From positions 1 through 33,852 of the forward strand of contig JBITAJ010000020.1 in the NCBI GenBank assembly GCA_044440125.1: 33,852 nucleotides of DNA, given 5' to 3'. How positions within the stretch are numbered: position 1 is the first letter of the stretch; every line of letters begins with the position of its first letter. Of the stretch, positions 27,409 through 33,852 are shown piece by piece. This stretch comes from Sedimentisphaeraceae bacterium JB056. Lineage in GTDB: Bacteria > Planctomycetota > Phycisphaerae > Sedimentisphaerales > Sedimentisphaeraceae. Under the pieces are notes generated by a model, which worked only from the letters and a program-made list of their open reading frames with translations, was not told the DNA's origin and did no database searches. A program made the position numbers and the translations under genes.

Positions 27409-27774
27409 TTATATAGGCCTTATTTCAAAAGGCATCTCAACGTCTTCTTTGAATTCTTCAGCCAAATCCATTGCCCTGTCGTTCTCTCTATCGTATTTCC
27501 ATATTATCTGGATATTTTTCCCATTTTCATGAGCTTCTTCGAGCATGTCAAGTATATCAAGCATACATTTAGTAGTACTTGAGTTCATGTAGCCTATGTT
27601 GATATCGAAAATAAAAGTTTCATATTTAGGGAATTCTTTTCGGAACCAATTGAATAGGGGTTTGAAGAATTCGAAGGAATTTTCAGGGTAGCAATCACCC
27701 TCTATTCTCATAGTTGAACTGTCAGATTCGAACTTAATTAAGGGCGTAGATTTCGTTGGTTTGGTGTTTATCAT
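27409..27774 (-). CDS. siaC: SiaC-family phosphoprotein (DUF1987)
   Basis: STPLI, GDCYPENSFEF, YMNSSTTK, LDMLEEAH, WKYDREN, LAEEFKED match the SiaC pattern as recalled. Confidence 0.9.
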   Translation of the reverse strand: MINTKPTKSTPLIKFESDSSTMRIEGDCYPENSFEFFKPLFNWFRKEFPKYETFIFDINIGYMNSSTTKCMLDILDMLEEAHENGKNIQIIWKYDRENDRAMDLAEEFKEDVEMPFEIRPI

Positions 27775-27776
27775 TT

Positions 27777-28319
27777 TTAAATCCCTTTAACGGTTACAAA
27801 TAAACTGAAAAAATCATATTCACCGTCTTTTTCTTCGAACCTGTATCTAAGTTTCTCTGAAGCACGCTTCGCCATATCCATAAGTCCAAGACCTGCACCT
27901 GTAGAGTTCGGAGGGAGTTCTTTTCTTATTTGCTGCTTATACAGCTTTCTAAGTCCTTCTTTGTCGTTTGAGTTTATGAGGTCTATATGTTCCTTTAAAG
28001 CAGGAACATCTGCTTTCCTGATGGTGTTGCCTGAGCAAACCGTATAGTAGCCATTGTTGTTCATAATCACGACTATTGCGGAATTATCAATATTACTTTC
28101 AAAGTCTTTGCGAGAAAGGTAGTTTCTGCAGTTTTGGGTTTGCTCTACATATACTGCAAATACATCTGTTATTGTACCTTTTGTAAGCTTTTGACCTTCG
28201 AGATGATGCTTTATAGCATTGCCTATTTCTTCGATAATGCTGTGGGTGAACGGCCCGTTAAAGCTTATAAGTATACCCTTTTCTGAAAAGTCATCCTTCA
28301 GTTTTAATAAGTTAGGCAT
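27777..28319 (-). CDS. siaB: SiaB-family GHKL-type protein kinase (DUF6272)
   Basis: LISFNGPFTHSIIEEIGNA, DVFAVYVEQTQN, SGN, LRKLYKQQIR, GAGLGLMDMAKRAS. Confidence 0.9.
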   Translation of the reverse strand: MPNLLKLKDDFSEKGILISFNGPFTHSIIEEIGNAIKHHLEGQKLTKGTITDVFAVYVEQTQNCRNYLSRKDFESNIDNSAIVVIMNNNGYYTVCSGNTIRKADVPALKEHIDLINSNDKEGLRKLYKQQIRKELPPNSTGAGLGLMDMAKRASEKLRYRFEEKDGEYDFFSLFVTVKGI

Positions 28320-30352
28320 TATTTATCCTCCGGAACTTTAATTTCAAAGCCTATCATTGTAACGTCATCTCTTTGCAGATAGTTGCCTCTGTAATTATCT
28401 AATAATTCGATGAATCGTTCTTTTTGCTCATTCATCGGTACTTTTTGATTTTCTATTATCATGTTTTTGAGTTTTCTGCGGCCAAGCCCAAATCCTTTTT
28501 TTCCGCCAGGCAGGTCAAGAACCCCATCCGTCAACATATAGTAGCGTTTTTTGCCATTTAATTCAAGTGAATGATTGGTGAATTTATATTCTTTGCGTGA
28601 GTTTGAGAAACCAAGGTGCAGTTTGTCTCCCGATATTTCTTCTATATTGTTGCTTTCAATAGTTATGAGTCCCAGACCTGCACCTGAAAATTTGAGGTTC
28701 TTTTCCCTGAGGTTCACTTTACATAGTGCTATATCGAGTCCATTTTCAAGATGTGAAAAGTCGTTTTCACTTCTGAGAGTTTCCTGAACAAGATAGTGCA
28801 GCTTTTCAAGCATTGCAGAAGGTTCTGAATGCGGCATTGTTTCTATGACCCTGCTTAAAAGGGCGGCAGTCATCATAGTCATGAAAGCTCCCGGAACGCC
28901 GTGGCCTGTGCAGTCAACAACTGCAACAAAAAAACCTTCATCTGTTTTCTGGAAGAAATAAAAGTCTCCGCCTACGATATCAAGAGGTTGGAAAATAGTG
29001 AAGTAATCTTTGAGACTGTCATCAAGCTCTTTTTCCGGCGGCAGTATTGAACTTTGTATTAATTTTGCGTATTGTATAGAGTCTGTGATTCGTTTCTGAG
29101 ATTCAATAAGCTCTTTATTGGCTGAATTTAAAGCTTCTGTACGCTTTTCAACCATTTGTTCGAGGTTTCTTGTATAGTTCTTGATTTTAGCAGTCATTAT
29201 ATTGAATGAGTCACTTAATCTGCCGATTTCATTGCTTTTTGCCGGCGGCAGTGATGTCTCATATGCCCCTTCGGCAACAAGGCCTGCCGCATCAGTCAAT
29301 CTGCCAAGAGGTCTTAGTACAAGTTTGTTGAGTATTAGTAATACACAGAACATGACTGCAAGCAAGGATATCAGAAATATGATTCCGATTGGCATAAAAT
29401 CAGTGAGGCCCATGACAAGACTGCCGTCAACCAGTACAAGGTTGTACCAGCCAAGCTCCGGTATGCTGCTGATGGTCGCTATTATCTTTTTGCCGCCAAT
29501 ATTTAATTTGAATTGTTCCAGCTTGGCTGAATCCGATACCTTCAGTACTGCTTCCCTGATTGTGTCTTTATCTTGCTTGCTATCCAATAAATCGTATATT
29601 GTCTTTTTGTCGATGTCTTTGCGTACTCGTGCATTGTGTTCTATCAGACTGCGGTCTTTGTAAGCCTGCAGTTGGCCGGTGGAATTTATGATTATTGTCT
29701 CAACTCCAGGTTCATGGTCTTCTATGAGGTCTCTGAGGAAATTTCCAAGATCCATTCCTGAACCAGCCATTCCGATAGGGCTACCGTGATTGTCACGTAC
29801 TATCACGTTGAACCATACCCTTACTTCATCAAGTTGAAGGTTATAGTCAACATTGATATAATGAGACCTGTTGCCCTCTATTGCATCATAAAACCATTTG
29901 GAATATGGGTCATCAGGACTTAATGTGTTCTCAGAATCTTTGACACCATTAATATAGTATGAACCGGTTTTGAGTATGGCTATGAAATTTGTTCCTGATT
30001 TGAGGAATCTATTGTAACTTTGAAGTTCTTTTTCTATTGAATTCTGAAGCTGCTTATCGTCTTCGTTGAGCATCCACTCAATCAGTCCGGGGTCGTTGGC
30101 AAGTTTACGGCTGAGAGCAAGTTCACTTTGTACAAGTGAAAGTATGCGGTTTTTCTCGAGCATATTTTGTGATAAAGCAAAACGTTTGACGTATTGATCT
30201 CCTACTTTGCCAACGCTTATCTTAAAAACGAGTAAGGTAGCAATCGCTGTTATAAAATATATCAGGATTAAAACAGCCCCAAAGACCCTCTTGAGTGACC
30301 CTCGCTTTTTATGCAATGAGGGAGTGTTTGCTATATCTCTATTTATACTCAT
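28319..30352 (-). CDS. siaA: SiaA-family membrane sensor phosphatase (periplasmic Cache-like - HAMP - SpoIIE/PP2C)
   Basis: Two TM segments, HAMP (LRPLGRL...NEIGRLSDSFNIM), PP2C motifs VGGDFY, DCTGHGVPGAFMT, GLDI, TDG, QRDDVT. Stop overlaps siaB start. Confidence 0.9.
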   Translation of the reverse strand: MSINRDIANTPSLHKKRGSLKRVFGAVLILIYFITAIATLLVFKISVGKVGDQYVKRFALSQNMLEKNRILSLVQSELALSRKLANDPGLIEWMLNEDDKQLQNSIEKELQSYNRFLKSGTNFIAILKTGSYYINGVKDSENTLSPDDPYSKWFYDAIEGNRSHYINVDYNLQLDEVRVWFNVIVRDNHGSPIGMAGSGMDLGNFLRDLIEDHEPGVETIIINSTGQLQAYKDRSLIEHNARVRKDIDKKTIYDLLDSKQDKDTIREAVLKVSDSAKLEQFKLNIGGKKIIATISSIPELGWYNLVLVDGSLVMGLTDFMPIGIIFLISLLAVMFCVLLILNKLVLRPLGRLTDAAGLVAEGAYETSLPPAKSNEIGRLSDSFNIMTAKIKNYTRNLEQMVEKRTEALNSANKELIESQKRITDSIQYAKLIQSSILPPEKELDDSLKDYFTIFQPLDIVGGDFYFFQKTDEGFFVAVVDCTGHGVPGAFMTMMTAALLSRVIETMPHSEPSAMLEKLHYLVQETLRSENDFSHLENGLDIALCKVNLREKNLKFSGAGLGLITIESNNIEEISGDKLHLGFSNSRKEYKFTNHSLELNGKKRYYMLTDGVLDLPGGKKGFGLGRRKLKNMIIENQKVPMNEQKERFIELLDNYRGNYLQRDDVTMIGFEIKVPEDK

Positions 30353-30534
30353 AAATTTGCTCTGCTAAATTGCTCATTTTAAGCAACCCATTAACATTTC
30401 TTAGTAAAAATACTGCAATATTTTAAACTACCGGGTTCTTTGTGGCAAGTTTAATTTTATTTTACATTTCACAGAGATATCTCTATATATGGATGCCTAA
30501 TTAATCCTTAAGCAGTATTAAGTTTGACAATGGG

Positions 30535-30563
30535 TTGACAACTCTTGGTTTTGGTAGTACAAT
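30535..30563 (+). promoter_or_regulatory. sigma70 promoter of the methyltransferase-yitJ operon
   Basis: TTGACA (30535-30540), 17 bp, TACAAT (30558-30563). Confidence 0.8.
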
Positions 30564-30737
30564 CTTAGTTCATTTACATCCGAATGGGTGGCCGGACAGG
30601 GGTGTAAGGTCACTGGGATTAAACTGTTCGACAAGTTAGTGTAGGCTATATCTTGTTGAATTGTAATGATTTATGTTCATTTATGTTTAAGGGATAGTTC
30701 CGCAAACATAGTATTTAATACAGGAAAAGGGAAATCT

Positions 30738-31676
30738 TTGACAACAACGCATACGAAGACACTGATCAAAATCGGTGAGTCTTTGCATGCTTCAATTGCG
30801 CGCTGCGGTGAAGCTATGCAAAAAATTCATGACTCAAACGACCAGACATCTCTGGCCCTCATTCAGGAACTAATAACTACTCAAGCCGATTGCGGTGCTG
30901 ATTTTATCGAAGTTAATGTTGATAAGTTCGGTGAGCTTGGCTGGGATGTCGCTGCGGAGATGATGAAGAAATACGTAGCAATGGTAGCCGAGTTCGGCAA
31001 GGGGGTTCCTGCCTGCATTGACAGCAGTAATAATGAACTTCTTGAAGCCGGTCTTGAGAGCTGGTATGCTGCGGGCGCAGAGGCCAAGCCGCTTATTAAC
31101 TCGATTAAGCCAGATAATGCCGACAGACTTTTCTCATTGAAAGATAAATATCCGTTTGTTTTTATTGGGCTTCTAATGTCACATGCCAGCGAGAATCCGG
31201 TTCAGGATCTTGTTGATCAGGCGGAGCTTATTTTTGACAAAGCTGCTGCTGCCGGTTTTGCGGCAAATGATATATATTATGATACCGGAGCATTTCCACT
31301 CTCAATTGATATGCCGATGATGCCTGGAGAAAAAGGACGAACATTTACTGCTTTTGAGACAATAAAGGCGTTGAAAGATAATCCGAAATTTGCAGGTGTT
31401 CATTTTTCCCTTGGCATAAGCAATTGTGCGAAGGATTTGCCTGGACGCAGAATCGGTGTGATAAAAGCATATATCCAGAAGGCGATGGAATACGGCCTTG
31501 ATGCCGGCATCATTGACGTTCGCAGGGACTGGTTCCAGCCGGCTCCTGCTGAAGAGCTTGTCGAGCTTGTTACTGCATTTGCAGAGATAGACGGTTCTTC
31601 TGAGAAGCAGATGGATGCTATGAGCCGGATGTCGCAGTTTTGTCAGGACTGCAGAGATGCGAAGGGGGCGAAATGA
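30738..31676 (+). CDS. pterin-binding protein (AcsE / MetH folate-binding domain-like methyltransferase)
   Basis: IKIGESL, GADFIEVNV, CIDSS, LINSI, YYD, LGISN, GLDAGI. Probable TTG start after AGGAAAAGGG. Confidence 0.8.
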   Translation: MTTTHTKTLIKIGESLHASIARCGEAMQKIHDSNDQTSLALIQELITTQADCGADFIEVNVDKFGELGWDVAAEMMKKYVAMVAEFGKGVPACIDSSNNELLEAGLESWYAAGAEAKPLINSIKPDNADRLFSLKDKYPFVFIGLLMSHASENPVQDLVDQAELIFDKAAAAGFAANDIYYDTGAFPLSIDMPMMPGEKGRTFTAFETIKALKDNPKFAGVHFSLGISNCAKDLPGRRIGVIKAYIQKAMEYGLDAGIIDVRRDWFQPAPAEELVELVTAFAEIDGSSEKQMDAMSRMSQFCQDCRDAKGAK

Positions 31677-33529
31677 GCAAACTTAAAAACTTATTAGCAA
31701 ACGGCGTTGTAATAGGCGATGGTGCCATTGGTACATTGCTTTACCAACGAGGTGTATTTGTCAATCGCTGCTTTGAGGAATTGAATATTACCGGCCGGCA
31801 GCAGATTAAAGATCTTCATTGTGATTACGTTAATGCCGGCAGTGATTTTATTGAGACCAATACTTATGGAGCCAACAAAATAAAACTTGCTGCCTTCGGT
31901 CTTTCTGACAAAGTAAGAGAGCTTAATATCGCTGGTGTTGATATTGCAAGAGAGGCAGCCGGTGAAGATGTTTTGGTCGCGGGTTCTGTAGGGCCTGTTG
32001 TCTCAGGATTCAGAACTATTGATGCACAGCAGGCGGAGGAACTTGAGGACGTTTATAAGGAGCAGGTCTCTGCACTTGTAGAGGGCGGTGTTGATTTTAT
32101 TATTCTCGAGACATTCAGTAATAGTGATGATCTTCTGATTGCTGTTGAGGCGGCCGCAGAAGTTTGTGAACTTGAGATAGTGGCTTCTTTACGCCCCGAG
32201 CCAGATCAGACAGAGGCTGATACTGATAAGCTTTGCAGGGATTTTGCCCGAATTGCGGCAAATGACAATGTTGCAGTTATGGGGCTTAACTGTGGAGCAG
32301 GTCCGGCTATTATGCTTCGTTATCTTGAAGCTGTAAGGAATATCAGCGAAAAACCGCTGTGTATTCAAGCTAACGTTGGTATGCCGCAAATGGTTGACGG
32401 GCGTATGATTTATATGGCGACTCCTGAGTATGTCGCCGAATATGCTAAGAGATTTTATGAAAAGGGAGCTGATATCATAGGCGGTTGCTGTGGTACAGGC
32501 CCAGAGCATATCAAAGAGATATGCAAGGCGGTTAAATCAGTCAGCCGTGCTGATAGAGAGGCAGGGAGAGTTGCCTCAGAGCTGACAGTGGTTGACGCAG
32601 AACTTCCAGAACCGGCGACTGCTTTTGCAAACAGGAGCCGTTTTGCAGAGAAAATTGCTTCTGGAAAGAAAGTACGTTTGATTGAAGTTACCCCTCCAAG
32701 ATCGATAAGCCTCGAGTCCATTATTGAGAAGGTGCAGCTTTGCAGTGAGAAAGGTATAGATGCAATCAACATACCTGATGGGCCAAGGGCTTCGTGCAGG
32801 CAGTCGGCACTTTCGGCGGCAATTAATATATCAAGACAGGTTGATACCGAGGTGATTCTGCATGTCTGCTCAAGAGACCGGAATATCATTGCTCTCCAGT
32901 CGGATATGCTTGGAGCTCAGTCGCTTGGTGTCAATAATATGCTCTTTATTACCGGCGATCCTCCAAAGCTTGGCGATTATCCTGACGCTACAGGTGTTTT
33001 TGATGTTGACGCCGTAGGGCTTGTACGTATGGGCGATATGCTTAACCGCGGCTTTGATGTTAGCGGCAGAGCAATACCGCAGGCTACATCGCTTACTATA
33101 GGTGTCGGTGTTAATCCTGGTGCCAATGATATGAAACGCGAACTTGATCGTTTTGAAATGAAGGTGCGTGCCGGCGCTGAATATTGTATTACTCAGCCGG
33201 CTTTTGATACTGATGTATTCAAGCGGTTTGTTGATTCGATTGACGATTTCCGAATTCCTGTGATAGCGGGAATATGGCCTTTTGTCAGCTATAAGAACGC
33301 GGAATTTATGGCAAATGAGGTTCCGGGAGTTGTCGTGCCGCAAAACCTGCTTGAGAGAATGAGCAAGACGAACAATAAGGAAGATGCTATAAAAGTAGGT
33401 GTCGATATTGTTCGTGAGTCAATGGAGGCAACAGAAGATCTGGTAGCAGGCTTTGCCGTATGTGCGCCTTTTGGGAATGTTAAGATTGCTCTGGCGGCAT
33501 ATGGCCTGATAGATGCCGACGAAATATAA
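31673..33529 (+). CDS. yitJ: bifunctional homocysteine S-methyltransferase / methylenetetrahydrofolate reductase
   Basis: DGAIGT, ETNTYGAN, GLNC and GGCCGT zinc ligands, then MTHFR EVTPP, NIPDGPRA, HVCSRDRN, ITGDPP, ITQP. ATGA overlap with upstream stop. Confidence 0.93.
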   Translation: MSKLKNLLANGVVIGDGAIGTLLYQRGVFVNRCFEELNITGRQQIKDLHCDYVNAGSDFIETNTYGANKIKLAAFGLSDKVRELNIAGVDIAREAAGEDVLVAGSVGPVVSGFRTIDAQQAEELEDVYKEQVSALVEGGVDFIILETFSNSDDLLIAVEAAAEVCELEIVASLRPEPDQTEADTDKLCRDFARIAANDNVAVMGLNCGAGPAIMLRYLEAVRNISEKPLCIQANVGMPQMVDGRMIYMATPEYVAEYAKRFYEKGADIIGGCCGTGPEHIKEICKAVKSVSRADREAGRVASELTVVDAELPEPATAFANRSRFAEKIASGKKVRLIEVTPPRSISLESIIEKVQLCSEKGIDAINIPDGPRASCRQSALSAAINISRQVDTEVILHVCSRDRNIIALQSDMLGAQSLGVNNMLFITGDPPKLGDYPDATGVFDVDAVGLVRMGDMLNRGFDVSGRAIPQATSLTIGVGVNPGANDMKRELDRFEMKVRAGAEYCITQPAFDTDVFKRFVDSIDDFRIPVIAGIWPFVSYKNAEFMANEVPGVVVPQNLLERMSKTNNKEDAIKVGVDIVRESMEATEDLVAGFAVCAPFGNVKIALAAYGLIDADEI

Positions 33530-33541
33530 TACGGAAGCTTA

Positions 33542-33680
33542 TGGAGTGCGGCGGCAAGCGAAACGCGACACGGCTTTGGAATCTCCCATCTGTTTGTTTG
33601 GGGTGTGATTGCAGGGTTTAATGGTAACGTTGGGTTCTATTCCAAGGCGGCATTGCGCTATCGCTTCCTGCCGCACTCCA
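33542..33680. repeat. REP doublet (REPIN-like) inverted repeat downstream of yitJ
   Basis: tggagtgcggcggcaagcgaaacgcgacacggctttggaat (33542-33582) is an imperfect inverted copy of attccaaggcggcattgcgctatcgcttcctgccgcactcca (33639-33680). Confidence 0.85.
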
Positions 33681-33852
33681 AGGGCTATCGCCTTTTGGGA
33701 ATCTCCCTGTTGAGCCATTCCGTTTGTCTTGAAGTTCTTTACTTTAAATAAGTTATGGTGGTGGCTCAAAAACTTTACCCCAAAATATTGCTGTAAGTCT
33801 TTATTTTATGTTGAAATAAGGTGAAGTTTTATTGATTTTCTCCCAAAAAAAA

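Noticed and set aside
30570..30737. Canonical SAM-I, THF or cobalamin riboswitch
   Set aside because: Conserved core motifs not recognisable by eye; kept only as an unclassified candidate
33539..33769. 76-aa minus-strand ORF
   Set aside because: It is a translation of the REP inverted repeat with no protein motifs
33725..33852. AT-rich IHF- or att-like motifs at the window end (and in 1-180)
   Set aside because: Matches are partial and expected by chance in AT-rich DNA; flanking context is missing

Overview
Chromosomal window from a probably anaerobic bacterium. The REP-like repeats suggest a Planctomycetota (Phycisphaerae-like) host, which is an inference only. Core genes are carB-carA, argJ, mfd, a MacB-type permease, xylB, an acyl-CoA synthetase with an XRE-cupin regulator, ilvE, a Cof-type HAD hydrolase, and a pterin-binding methyltransferase coupled to yitJ. 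Three accessory blocks stand out. (1) A solitary AT-rich OLD-family ATPase-TOPRIM nuclease sits between argJ and mfd, bracketed by a diverged direct repeat of about 90-100 bp. (2) A TetR-led redox/electrophile and DNA-alkylation-repair cluster carries two copies of an 18-bp operator-like palindrome. (3) A complete siaA-siaB-siaC partner-switching module has, in the slot of the SiaD diguanylate cyclase, a sensor-less hybrid histidine kinase with a SiaD-like N-terminal helix. Block 3 is the best candidate for an undescribed system. Intergenic spacers contain several REP/REPIN-like elements and heptamer tandem repeats. No tRNA, rRNA, CRISPR array, transposase or integrase was recognised. All calls come from reading motifs by eye; no searches were run.
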